A stretch of 64,000 nucleotides of DNA, from positions 2,542,001 to 2,606,000 of the forward strand of contig JAYWIR010000019.1 of the NCBI GenBank assembly GCA_036172245.1, read 5' to 3'. The notes below the pieces were generated by a model. It was not told the origin of the DNA and did no database searches. It saw nothing but the letters and a program-made list of their open reading frames with translations. The position numbers were made by a program, and so were the translations under genes. This document shows, piece after piece, positions 1 through 12,479 of the stretch. The stretch is from Raillietiella orientalis. Its lineage: Eukaryota. Each line of letters opens with the position of its first letter. Positions within the stretch are counted from its first letter, which is position 1.

Positions 1-601
1 ACGTGCGATCAAATCTGAAAGATTACGGGCAAGTGCCTTTCTCAGGGGGTCGGAACCCTCACTAATATGTGTTTTTGTCGTGCAGCAGACCCCCGAACGA
101 GTCAGATTATATCGTATAACGCGACGACAGAATGCCGGAAGACCTCGTATAACGCTGTGAGAGAACCTCAGCTTTGTGGTACAGTGCCAGTTCACCCCTT
201 TTAAAAAAGAACACCAACATGTGATTTAAGTAGGCTGAATTTTATTTTATTCAAATTGTCATGATGTAAAGCAGCTCAGGAAGGTACATCTTTCAAGAAC
301 GAGAATGATGGAGCGGAAACCGTAGAAATTGTTTAAATCGATGAGATGTCAACACAAATCCAAGAGCTTTTTTTTTTCTTCTTTACTTTAAACAAGAACT
401 GATTTTGATTTTTTTTTCCTTTTTGTTATAAAGTCGAGGGGCGAATATTCTACATTCAATATGTCTTGTACATCCTTTCATAATCACAATCACATGATCG
501 ACGTATAACGCTCGTAGAGAGCGCCACGTGTCCCTCGCGTTAGACAGGGACCTGTTATATCTCGATTGCCTTGAGAAAACAACAGGTCCAGTAGAGTTCC
601 T

Positions 602-622
602 TTGTTGTTGTTGTTGTTGTTG
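602..622 (+). repeat. (TTG)n microsatellite
   Basis: About 7 consecutive TTG units read directly. Confidence 0.9.
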
Positions 623-2169
623 TGTCGTTTCCAGGATATTGTTCCACAGAAGCGAAAACAGCACGAAAGTAAAATACGGATAGGTTGCGAGAGGAACAGT
701 GCTCTGGGAATAGCTGATTTTCTAATGATGCACTGATTTTCTAAAGATGCGCTGGAGTTCAGTTTGGCAACACTGCACAACAAATCATTTGCGATTCGAG
801 AGATCCCATAAACTCCTCGTTGAACCTCCATTGCACTCTTCTCGTGTTCGTTATTAACGGCTTTCCCATTAAAAAGCGCACACACACTCTTTCAAGCGAG
901 AATTTGCTGCTGACCCGGGAATCGAGGAGGTGAATTCGTACCTGGAATTTTTATGGATTGCAAACCCTAGAAACAATAGGCTGAGGCGGAAAGCGGAATT
1001 CAGGGAGAAATCCAGGAGGATATCCGGGGCAGGTCACCTTGGTGGCTTTCAAGGGAAACCTCGCTCCGGCGGACGTCAGCTCTCTCAAGTGCCTCGGACG
1101 TGCGAGTGAGCTCGCTGCACGGATTTTTTTTTTTTTTTTTTTTTTATCTCAAAGAGAATGGTCCCGATTGCTCAGCAAGCAGACCCCCTCCAAGAACGAT
1201 CAAATCATGACCTACTTCCCGAAAACCGAAGGTTTTCATTCTTCGCGTACCTTCTATTTGGAGGAAAAAAAGAATGAAAAATATTTTTCCCTCTTTTTTC
1301 TGGCTCTTAAGCTGATGTCACGCAAGACAAAGTCAAGCTGTGTTTCATACGAAAGAACCTGGCGCTGTTTTTGCACAAGAGGTCAGTTGTTTTGACACTC
1401 GAAACCCAAATTGGGCAGCTGGCGCGTTGCCTTCCTGATGTGAAGTCATTTGCATGGAACCCGGGTTCTTTTCTTTGTACGTCTCCCAAGCACTGAACCC
1501 ACTTGAGTGCATTCGTGCCGGAGGTTCTATGTTGGTCTTCTTCGTTGGCATGGCAGTTTAGCAGAAAGCTTTGATGTCGAAGGTTTTCTGAGCTGCAGGG
1601 AGTTTGTTCTCTTCCTTTTTCGGTGAAATATCAAAACGAGGAGAAGCACAATAGAGTGCTCCGGGAATTGGAACTGGATAGACAAGCTGGAAGCTGCTAA
1701 GATTTGGCTCAGTTGCACTGTTTGGCAAAAGCAGTCCAAATTACATAAACACTAAGATTGATAAGTCGTATTAGCAACAGCACCCTCTCATCTCCGTGAC
1801 GGTTTCTGATTTCACGAGGGCCCTATTTGTGGTAAGGACTCTAATCATAAGGACTATGTGTGTGGTAGGGACTCATAAGGACTCTAATCCCTGTTCCTTT
1901 TAACTTGCCCATTAAAGTGTTTCCGAAGCTGCTCAGCTCGACGATGGGCCCTACATCACCGGATTTAGAGAGCATTAGAAACGATTACCTGGAATTTCGC
2001 CTTCAAGAAGAAAGAAATTCCTTCGCCTGCTGGGAAAGAAAGACCATCGAAGATGGCGAAGAATCCTTTATATGTTGCAGAATAAGTAAGCACAGGATTG
2101 TTTTCCTCCCATATCTAATTTCTTCTTTCCATATGGGGGGGAAGGGAGGGGGGAGGGAAGCTGCATCCT

Positions 2170-3100
2170 CATTCGCGTCGACAGAACCGCAGCGAACTCA
2201 AACTCATCGCCGTAGTCCCGATGTCACCGTTAACGGCCACGGGACTCGTAATCCCGACGGTTCTCCTTCCCTGTTCACACGTCCACTTTCCGACGTAAAT
2301 TGCGAGCGCTTCCCCCTGCTCTGAGGAAGCATGTGCAGCCAGCCGATCGTGCAGGAAGACACTTCTGTGTTCGCGGTGCATTGGGAATCTGGTCGCATCC
2401 TCGCAAGCTTCGTATGTCCTTCTCTTTGAGCGCGCTCGGAACAGGGCCCGGTCGGAGTCGGATCGTTTCCATCCCTGCGGCTGCAGATTCGTTTTCGCGT
2501 TTGGATCGTTCCGGATGTAGCGGTCCAGGCAGGAAGCGTTGAAGGCAAGCCCGTGCAGGAAGAGACAGGAAGGAGGCAAACAAAAAAGAGCGACGGGCAT
2601 CCTCGTCGAGGTTGGCAGAAGATGGAAATCACCGCGCACGCGCGCTCACATAATGAAACCGCATTGGGATGAGCAGCACGCCTTGAGCCCTGTGCGCTGC
2701 GCAGGTGATCCAGTGTCTTGAGAAACACGCTGGTCCCACTCATTCCACGAGTGGCATGGTGCTCCGAGCAACCACCAAGTTCCTCCTTTCTGCCTTGAGG
2801 ACTATCGGTTCCATCCCTACACACCATGCATTTCGTTCATTCCCTTTGTCTTTTTCTCTCTGGAATGACAGAGACATAATCCCCGGCGTTACTTTCCGTT
2901 TTTTCTTGAGAATGACAATGAGGTGGCCATTCACCGCATCTGAGGAGGAATGTGTGTGCTGGGAGTGCTCCCAGCATCCTTCCAGATGATGCAGAGGATG
3001 CCAGGGAACCCGCTGCATTTTTTCCTCTTTCCCACCTTTCCCTAAGAGGACCATGCTGGGCGGTCTGCTGGCTAGCGGGAACGCCTCCAAGATCCTCAAA
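2170..3100 (-). mobile_element. Decayed non-LTR retrotransposon (L1/Tx1-like), ORF2 APE endonuclease remnant
   Basis: Minus-strand translation has RGDFH, SCLDRYI and SDSDRAL in the order of the APE motifs GDFN, SRLDRFY and SDH. Frames are broken; boundaries approximate. Confidence 0.5.
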
Positions 3101-3299
3101 GGTACAGAGGGCGCCAGAATCCCATCATGGACGGAAGACTTCTTTGTGGTGTGACTACTTCTGTATATTTTATTTGTCTATTTGTAGGTGTCCTTTTTGC
3201 AGGGAGCACCCTGGAGTCACCAGGTGCAAACACATCTCTGCGCAGCTGCACTCCCGCTTAATTGCAACATCTGAATCTGTAGTCTGCTCTGAAGGATGA

Positions 3300-5200
3300 A
3301 TGAGCCTCCCCCTCTCAAACGAAGGGCAACAACGAAGAAGAAAAGACATCTCCAGTTCCTCATCCGTGGATTCGAAAAAATCAATGGGAGCGATGTCGCC
3401 ATTGTCAACCCGGAGGGAAAACAACGGTGCACACCTCGTTTTCGTTTACAGTTCTTCATTGGCAGCAGCTCAAGATGTTCGGCAGCACGCGCGTTTTCCC
3501 GAGAGGGCAGAGGACCTTCATGAGCAACAGTATTGGCCCCGCAAGCAGTGCTACGGACTTTCAGCCCTGGAAGGCGGAGAGCCTGCCATAGGGCTGCAGC
3601 GCATGGAAGCTGGTCTGAACGCCCGCCTCGCTGCCATCAGGCCGAGTGGAGCCACTCTGGTGTGCACTCCGAGTAGTAGAATTTGTATCTGAAACCAAAG
3701 GATCCCGAAGCATCGCTACTTGGGGGCAAATTTGGATTCCCGGATTTTGCATCCCCTTGTCTTTCATCTTCCGTAACATACGGCCTTTTCGTCCATCCCA
3801 CTGTCACTCCGTGCTCCTCTGCCGTACCATACAATCCTTTTCGATGTGTACTTGAACTTGCGTTCTGCCTCCTCCCTCCGGAATGGAAGTCTCGGACCTA
3901 CGCTCGTGTCTCTCGTACTGTGCAATTCTTCCGTTGCTCGACTTTATGGAAATGCGTTGGCCAGGGTAGTCTGGGGAACCCCGTCGCGATCGTCTTCGCT
4001 CCAGGTTCCGGAATTCCCGGCTTCCCCAAGTTTTGATTTTGTCTCGAGGAATTGCTGCAGGATCGGCGCTTGGGATGCTACTGCCAAGCACTTCCCCTTT
4101 CCTCTTTTCGTCGAAGAAGCACGTGTTCCTTTCACAGTCCTCTACGTGCTAATTAGGAACACGAGTCCCAAGGTCTGGTGCGAAGTGAAGGGAGGGCCAG
4201 ATGCTCCTGCGACCCGACTCCCCGCCCGTTTTCGTCGCTCTCGCAAATGGGCAGCGTGATCGCTGGGGGCTTCCCTTATTCCAGAATGTTCCACTCATGA
4301 TTAATCTGGAATTAGCGGTGGCGCGTTGTTCACGCTGGGAAGCGCACGTTGGTCCAAGCGGGAGCCCAGTATCCGGAAAAACATCAGAAGCGAAGCAATC
4401 AGGAGTGCAATGTACCGAAGAAACGTTCACAGAAACCAACTAAGGGGGAGGGGGGGAAGGCATTGAGATCGACTGTGGCACGTGTGGTCCGACATGACTT
4501 TGTGCACTCCTTCCAGCTTTTTTTTTTTTTGGTTCGCCAAGTGTTGAAGTACCGTTCGTCTCCATTGGGAGGCTCACAAAACTCTTTGACACCGTCCATG
4601 CCACCCGAGGATGCGTGTCACTCTTCAAGTTATGAAGGGGATAACCCCAGCGGGACCACCCTATGAATCCGGAAAGGTTCCGAGGATGGAGTCCATTCCT
4701 CCTACGCGGAGGTGTCCTCCGAAGGGACCACTCCTCATTTCTTTTCCAAAGGGAACCCGCAAGGGAACTGTTTCTTGTTTACTCCTCTGAAGACAACCCC
4801 GGAGAGACGCTTCCCAGTTTCTCCCGAGGGAGCAGAATGCTCCTCACACTCTGGAGAGGCAGTCCACCGAGGGAGGCATCAACCAGTTCCATGAAACGTG
4901 GTGGAAGGTCCCTCCTGAGGGGGGGGGGGGGGGGGGAGACGGCTCCGTTCCCACAACCGGAGGTGAACACTGAAGGGATCCTTGATTCCTGGAAGGACCC
5001 CGAAGTGTCAACTTACAGTCCTGGCCAGTCGACGGGGGCAATTGATTTCTAGCTCCTTCCCTGGACAGAGAAGCATCCCGGTCAGGAGAAAGCCACTCCC
5101 TGATCTGAACGGCGTCGTGCGTCTGGCCATTTCCTGTGTACCGGGGATCACCTACGGTTCCTAGCCGCTGCCCACCTGGACCCACCACTGCATCCTTTCC
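3300..5200. mobile_element. Mixed non-LTR retrotransposon debris
   Basis: Minus strand near 4640-4700 reads PFRIHRVVPLGLSP, resembling the RT motif FxIxRGVxQGCPLSP. 5078-5190 is an inverted homologue of 7027-7140. GC-rich, many short broken ORFs. Confidence 0.35.
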
Positions 5201-5399
5201 CGCACCCCAACCCCCAAAATTGTTTTATTTTTGTTTTTTTTTTTATTTGGCCCCTCCCCTCTGCTGTCGTGGTGATCCTCATCGGTCTGCAAACTGGTAA
5301 CACGGCAAGGTATCTACGGAAAGGATGTGGTTGGACCACCGGCCCAACCCCCAAAAATTGTCAATGTTTATTTCATTTTAAATAAACGCCCCGGCGAAC

Positions 5400-7730
5400 A
5401 CAGGTGAATAAGCAGCGTCATCCTTTGGGGGAGGACTCGAAACACACGGAGCACCTCCCGTTCTCGGCGTCGACCCTTCCCCGGGAGGTGGGATTCGAAC
5501 CCGTGACGCCTGGCGCCACGCGCGAAGACCGCATCTACCGCGCGGCCGCCGACGCCGTGCTCTTCCTTTGCGTTTCCTTCGAGCAATCAGGTCATCCGGA
5601 GAGCGCTTCTCCCAGATCGGAGCCGCGTGCCACAACCTCTGCCCTTCATCTCAGCTTCCGCAGCATCCCTAGCGCTTCCCACTTTACCGCAAGGACCGTG
5701 GCGCAGGCTCGCTGCTTTCCTGCGTCAACTTCGAAGTGTGCCGATTCCCAAGCGAACTCCCTCCCGAGGAACATCTTCTCTGATTAGAGGCGCTCCTTGA
5801 CTAGCTCCGTGCACGAAGGACCCTTTTGATATCCAGCGTCTCCGTGGCGACAGCGAGGCTCGGATCAGAGAGCGCCGCCGCGCCGCATCCCGCGGAGGAC
5901 CGCCCTCTTCACGGCGCAGGATCCGTAGCTCCCCCATCAGATTTTTGGATTCGACCTTTCCCCCCGCCCTGCTCCCCATCCTTCCCTCCACGTTTCCGAA
6001 CGTGCCACGCCGCCCATCTAACATCTCGGAGATCGATGGCTTCGCCCTCCAGAGCTGACTTTTTTTCCCTATTCTCTTTCCTTCCTGCTCCCTCCGCTGC
6101 AAACCCGCATGGATCCCTTTCGGCGTCCGGCCATCGTCTGGTCAAAGGGAAGCAGTCTGGCTCGGATACAGCGCAGGTTGCGGCGGGGGCAGGCGAGGGA
6201 GGCTCCGTGTTTTCCCTCCGTCCGGCCGCAGGCTCCCCAGCCCGGCCTACTCGCAGAGATCCTGCCAACAGCACTGCTGCTACGGAAGCCCGTGATCCTC
6301 TGCCGGTCAACAGTGCCAACGAGTGGCGTGCTGGGCAGGCCTTGATCTTGGAGCTCCTTCGGAGTTCGCAGAGTCGAATACCTTCCGGAACGTGAGGCGG
6401 TACGGGGCACCAGCCGTTCCCGGTGATGGTTCTGTTGAAATCCTAGGAAGGCGCCGGGAACACTTGATGTTCTCTTGCGCGGGACAGTCCGGGAGCAGGG
6501 CACGCCCCGTTTCAGGGCTGCTCTGGACGTCGGCGCGTACGACCACCACCATCCTCTTCGCCATTTTTTTTTTCCTGCCCACGAGCGCGGATATCCCTGC
6601 TACCGTCCCGAGGATTCACCAGCTCTCCCGCTGGAGTCGGCCCTTCCCCGTCAGCGCAGAGGCGGGACAGCCTTCCTGCAATCGGCCTCTTTTCTCCTTC
6701 TCTCTTCTCCCAGTACCGTTGCCGGGCTATCTCTCTGGCAGGCAACACGTCCAGTCTGATGGTCCTACCTCCGTCCCAGAGTGCCGCGTTCCGGCGACAT
6801 GCCTCCCGGAACCGACTGGTCAGAGGTCGCCAGCTCCAGTTTTTTCGGTGCCCTTTCGCCGGCCAGGCTGACCCTCTTGGCGACGATGTGTCTGACTTCC
6901 CAGGAGGAGAAGTCGTATCTCCCTGCTCGGCAACTGGGAACGCTCGTTGAGGACTTCCTCCCGTGCGCGGGAGCCTTCCGAGAGTTCAACTCGCACAGCC
7001 TCTCGCAGGTGCCGTTCGCTCACCCACAGTGGTGGGTTCAGATGGACGGTCACCTAGGAACCGTGGGTGATCCCCGGTACGCGGGAAGTATCTGGACGCA
7101 CGACACTGTCCGGATCAGGAAGCGGTTCTCTCCTGACCGGAGGAGAACGCCATGCCTCCCTGCTCCCAAAGCAGGAACAGATTTGCGTCTCCCAAAGCAG
7201 GCACGGATGGATTCCCTCCCCCTCAGGTGACAGGAGTCGGCGTTGCCCATGTTGCACGAGGGAATCCCGTACGAAGCTCACCTTCGCCACTGGACACGGG
7301 AGGAGGGGACGTGGACGCTCAGAGCGCGGCAGGTACGGGAAGAAGGAGACCCTCCTGCACCTGCTTTTGGACTGTGCTGCCTTCCGACCCTTTCGGGATC
7401 GCCTCGCGACGATCCTAGGTATCCCGGCGGATGCTCAACACTCCCACCCCCTAGGGACAACACCTCTTCGCATATGCCACTCTGCTGCATCCCTCGCAGT
7501 TCCCCGCTGTCCCGTTCGCGGGATCGCAGCAGCTTGGAACTCCAGAGGAAGAGGTCGGAACGGCGGGAACGCCATCCACTGGGCGCAGATCTTCCTGGGG
7601 ACCGCCGCAAGATGGCCTCACTTGGGAGCTATATGGAAGGAACTTACCGGCATCCTGAACAGAATGCAGAGGACGGCTGGCAGCGTGCCGTGATCCCTTC
7701 CTCGTGGTCTCCCCCTCTTCCCCGTCTATA
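5400..7730 (+). mobile_element. Decayed L1/Tx1-like ORF2 (APE - RT - CCHC), frameshifted and internally deleted
   Basis: Motifs occur in the correct order across frames: LGEDS / TREDRIY / QSGH (APE, ~5420-5595); APQPGLLAEIL and NEWR (RT start, ~6230-6330); SRPFPVSAEAGQPSCNRPLFSFSL (RT QG motif region, ~6635-6705); CPCC...KETLLHLLLDC (C-terminal zinc knuckle, ~7243-7375); AAWNSR. Confidence 0.7.
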
Positions 7731-10390
7731 ATTTCCCCTCCTTTGCTTTTGTTTTGCCTTCCCCCACGCTTCCGAAGCGGACCTCGCCGGTCTGCGTACT
7801 GCTCTTTCGCAGGCTCATTGCGCGTGGTAGAACCGACAGTTCTACCACAGGAACGCACTTTTATTACGTTATGTAAGAAATACCCCGGGTATAACCGGGT
7901 GATGATCATCAAGAGAAGTGTCGCTGTTGTTTGAACTTCCAAGCAGAGTAGAGTGGGATGTGGCTGCCAACGCCTTGGAGGTTGAGCTGAGGAAGCTTCC
8001 GTCCGAGCAAATGATCGGCCTCCAGTCATGCACGCGCTGTTCCCGATTCTCTTCCACAACTTCACCTCCCTTGCCCACTCCCTCCGTTCTTCTCGCTGCT
8101 GGAGGCGCTTCTGAGCCCTTATCCTTTGTCGTCATCAATCCCTGCTCCCCGTAAAAAGGCAGTTTCTTTCCCTACCTTGTCGCTACTTTGGTGTGCGCTC
8201 AACCAGGTTTCCAAACGGCACGCCTCTTCCCCCCATTTCCAAACCGAAAATGGGAAACTCCCCTCGCCCGTGGGAATGCATCAGCACAGGTATCGCCGAC
8301 CCCATCGCTGTTCCCGCTGAAACCACCCCAACAGCACTCGAATGAGAAACCAGCGTGGGCTTCCTGGAGTCTGCCTCCTCCCTTTTCCTCCCTGCGACGC
8401 ATCGAGAGCGAATATCACGCGGCACGGATTAATCCAGATATCAAAGACCCTTGCGTTTGAAAGTCCTGGACTCTCAGGGTACGTCCTGCTTTTCCTTCAG
8501 CCAATCCGCCTCTTATGTAGCTCGCGAAGCCTTATTTGCCAGCTTTATTTGCCAGATTAGGTGTGGGGGGGGGGCATTTCTTTTTTTTCCTTTTCCTTCT
8601 GCCTTAAACTAGTAATTTATACCTCCGGACCCGTTGTGCATCATCCGAACTTTCGTTGATCGCGATGTGTAGATGTGGAGCCATTTTCTTCATTGTTTGC
8701 TGGAGCATAAATCTCCCGGATCTCCGAGAGATGGGATCCTTCGTTTGATATTAGTTTCACCACAGTTCTGCAACATCTTCGCAGCATCTCGGCGAGCGTT
8801 GTTCCCGGAGAAGAATTATAGCCCGAGCACCTTTCTCACCTAATTCAAGCCACCACCGTTCAGGAGGCTGACTCCTTAGAATTCGAGCCGTGTCTTCTTC
8901 TTCTTCTACAGTGAATTCCTGTGGGAACCTGGAGGGCGTAATGGAAAGTTGGGCGAAAAACCACCTCTATCTCTCTTCTCGATGGAGGGGCGAAGGAGGG
9001 GGACGAAGAAGAAACTTTGCCGTTGCCACGACGCATGGTGTAATGTGAGGCCGTCGGAGCTGCTCAGCAGTCGCATCTTACCGGTGTTGTCCACGCAGTC
9101 TGCTCAATTCGGATTCCCTCCATTCTTCTTTTTCGTCGCTCCCTGTTTGAGACTTCATCAAGCACTTCCCTTGATTGGACGCAGCCGTTGCTTCAAACAT
9201 GAGTACCTGTGTGCCATCTTTCACGGCTTCTTGCATGAATCTCTACTGTAAGTCGTGGTTAGTAGGTTAACAGGTGTTCTGTGGGAGCAGGAGTCGAATC
9301 GCTGTGGTGTTTTTTTTCTTCTTTTTTTCCTGCGCTGGCAAAGTGGCCAGCCTCGCTGTACTTGAAACTAATCTTGTAACGAGGATTTGAAAGAGCGGTG
9401 TGTTTGCTCACAGAGATAAGAAAGGGCACCCTGAGGTCTAAAGCACTGCTACCTGTTTCCCCAAAAGAGCACCCTTAAAAGAATACCATCGTGATAGCGG
9501 CTATTCGTTCTTACTAGATGGATACGAATGTGCTCAGGGTTGCCAATCCCTGATTTCTCTCTTTTGGACGATTTGAAACCGCAAACACTTTGACGAAGGC
9601 AAACACGAACTGACGGGAAACCGAATCGCAACCGAGACAGCAACGGCAACAAAACAAAAAACACGCAAAAAAAAACTCTAATTGAAGGCACACAATCGAA
9701 ATGGCTTGGAAATTCAGATGTCTTTGCGAAGGACACACATGAGCTTGGAAAATCTGATTACGCCCTGCTTCAGGACTGATGTTAAGATCGATATCCCAAA
9801 CAAAAGCTGCATGGAATTTGGTTCTCCTGGGAGGAAGAAGGATGCAAAATGAAAACATGATAACCTTGGCACACACCATCTTATCAGTGATGTTCAGTTG
9901 CTCTGGAGGCGAGAGGAAACCCCGATCACTAAAAGTGCAGTGGATTGAAAAAATCGCGAAATCCGTCTTTTTCGCAATCATCTATTTCGCAAGGTTTTTT
10001 TCCTTTTCTTTCTATGAACGAATAATAATAAAAAAAAAGAAAGACCATTCTCCCGTGAAGAGCCCGAATAGCCCTTCAATTATAAATGAAGAGAGTGGGA
10101 AGAATCACTCTCTCCCTTCCTCGTTTCCCCTCGGCACTGTTTTAGGCCAAAGTCCTTTCTTTTCGCATGTTAAACACATTTGGTAACCATAGGAACAGAA
10201 GCTTTATTTCCATGCCTCCTATATAACATCAACTATGAACAGCTGATAGAAAAAAAAAAAAAAAAAAAAAACCCTACTGTGCAACATATCTTTTTTTATA
10301 ACATGTTCTCTTTTCTTCTTGCTGCATTTCCCTTAACAAAGAAGCCCTTATCCTATCCCTACTCTTTGGCGGAAAGTAAACCAAGATACC

Positions 10391-10996
10391 ATGGAGTCCG
10401 ATGTCCGAAACTTCCCTGAAGCTGGAACCGAGGAACAAAGCACAACCGATCTTCAGGAGAATCTCTCAGGACCACGTGTTTCTGAGGAGACATTTTGCCG
10501 CATATGTTACAGCTCGTCGGAACTGAGAGACAACGTGCTTATCCAAGCTTGCCCCTGTAAAGGAACCATAGGAAGGGTCCACCAGCGGTGTCTTTCCAAG
10601 TGGATACTGCTGTATGACCACAAGCAGTGCGAGATCTGCAAGTACGACTACCGCTACAAGAAAAAAGGAATCAAGTCGCTGTTCGACTGGCGGCTTCCCG
10701 ACAAGGACATGGGAGATTCCAGCTACGCCATATTTGCCATCGCGTTCCTTACGCTCCTCATTGCAAATTTGCTGAATTTGTTCCGTGAGCAGCTCAGTCC
10801 AGATGTCGATCTTTTCTTTTTGTCTTTGTCCTTGACTATGTATTCCATGCTCCTCTTTTTGTGCTCCGCGTTGCTGGATGAATGGCCGACAGTTTTCTTA
10901 AGAGATACCTTTGCTTTGAATCAAAACATATACGTCGAACCATACAATGAGAGCGAGGCCAAGGCATCCTCCGTGACTCACGAGAAAGACGTGTGA
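10391..10996 (+). CDS. Intronless MARCH-family membrane E3 ubiquitin ligase (RINGv/C4HC3 + two TM helices), 201 aa
   Basis: C-x2-C-x14-C-x-C-x7-H-x2-C-x12-C-x2-C (CRIC...CPCKGTIGRVHQRCLSKW...CEIC), a conserved W after the RING (LFDWRLP) and two hydrophobic segments. Start context accATGG with an in-frame TAA at 10334; AATAAA at 11067 and 11123. Confidence 0.9.
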   Translation: MESDVRNFPEAGTEEQSTTDLQENLSGPRVSEETFCRICYSSSELRDNVLIQACPCKGTIGRVHQRCLSKWILLYDHKQCEICKYDYRYKKKGIKSLFDWRLPDKDMGDSSYAIFAIAFLTLLIANLLNLFREQLSPDVDLFFLSLSLTMYSMLLFLCSALLDEWPTVFLRDTFALNQNIYVEPYNESEAKASSVTHEKDV

Positions 10997-12479
10997 ATTT
11001 TGGATCAGCACCCAAGATCTCTCTCTCTCATGTTGTTTTCTCCTTTGTATTTGCTGCTTTTTTTCCAATAAACACAATCAGTGCCCACTTCTTCACGAAT
11101 TTTCCGATTATGTGTTTTCCCTAATAAACAGGAATGCCACATTTCTGTATTTTGAATGTTAATTTTACTCGCAAATGGCCCTGTAGCTAGCTCTAACCTA
11201 TAGTTTCGTATCCCCTGTAGTCCAAGCAGTAAAACAAATGATCTTTTCTTTTTTTATGCTGTTATTAGCATGTTCATTGCTCAATTATTAGAGATAGGAT
11301 GAACAGTTAGGTAGTCCTGAAGAAAAACGAAGTTGGATGTAAAAAAAAAAAAAAAAGAACATTTTTCTTCCCCTTCTTGAGATACGAATTTCCGAGAGAT
11401 TTGGACTTTCACTTCAAATTATTGAACACTAAAAAGTTCCGATTCCCCAGAAGTCAATCCTCAGTTCTTCATAATAGCTGGAGAAAAGTGATCAACTTTG
11501 GAAATAGGCATCCACAATTCCAAGATTAAACTCTCGGCCTGTACGAGTACAACACGATTTGACCTTTCCATACATTTTCCTCACCCCTGCAAGAGAAGGA
11601 CCACTTCATGAGATACTCTCTGGGCAGCATCCCTCATTTCTTCCTCCAAACTGAACCGAATGTCAAACAGTTCTTGTTGCGTTAATTTGGTCTTCGATCG
11701 GATCAGAATTCTACGCCAGTTTAGAAACGAGAGCGCATTCGAGAAGCGATGGTTTTCAGAGGCTATTGGCTGCCCTGTTGTTGTGTGCTAAGCTAAATTT
11801 TGTTTTGCTAAGTTCCGTTAGGACCAAGGGAACATGCCAAGTCCATTATGGATGTACTTTGGAAATCACCACGGCACTATGTCCTCCGCGACCATCTAAT
11901 GGAACCAGTCGGAACGTTGGTTTGGAAGGAGAAGATGGGAGTGCAGAAACAGTTGCCGCAAAGGGAAACTAAATTTCGTAAAAGGAAAACCGAAAGAGCA
12001 ACGAAACCAACGTTGCAGGTAGGCCCTTCCCTGAATTCCACAAGACCCCGACTTAAAAATACTTCCAGATTGTAGAAACTCGAACTTTCTAGAGTACGCT
12101 TCTCGAAAATCCGAAACTCCCTCCACTTCTCTCTCCTATTGATGGAAACCACAAATAGCCATTAATTTTCGTAGAAAACAAAAAAAGAGACGCTCAGCTT
12201 GCTTCATGAGCCAAACCACGAAACACCTCCTGAAAATTGCTGGAACCATTCGTCATCCGTGAATGCCTAAGCTCTCGTTCGTGAAATGGACCAAAAACCA
12301 AAGATCCATAAGTTTGCAGCATTTCGTTACGTCTGAATCAAACTGAAGATTAGCGTCCCTTCATCAAATCTTCCGCGCAAGTTGAAACAAAAATTCCAAG
12401 CCATCCAGAATGCTCGTCCCGGAAAAAAAACTCTTGAAGAAAAAAACAAACAAACAAAATTCTCAAAAGATTAAATTCT

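Noticed and set aside
5481..5553. tRNA-like sequence on the minus strand (GGGTTCGAATCCCACC B-box with an A-box-like GGCCGCGCGGT upstream)
   Set aside because: No acceptor or anticodon stem could be folded, and the plus strand reads as APE motifs. A tRNA-derived SINE relic cannot be fully excluded without tRNAscan-SE.
1900..9300. Dozens of overlapping 60-208 aa ORFs
   Set aside because: Expected in GC-rich decayed retrotransposon sequence; not independent genes.
10250..11356. A-runs flanking the RINGv gene as a retrocopy tail
   Set aside because: Long A/T runs are common across the window, the downstream run is over 200 nt from the AATAAA signals, and no target-site duplication was found.
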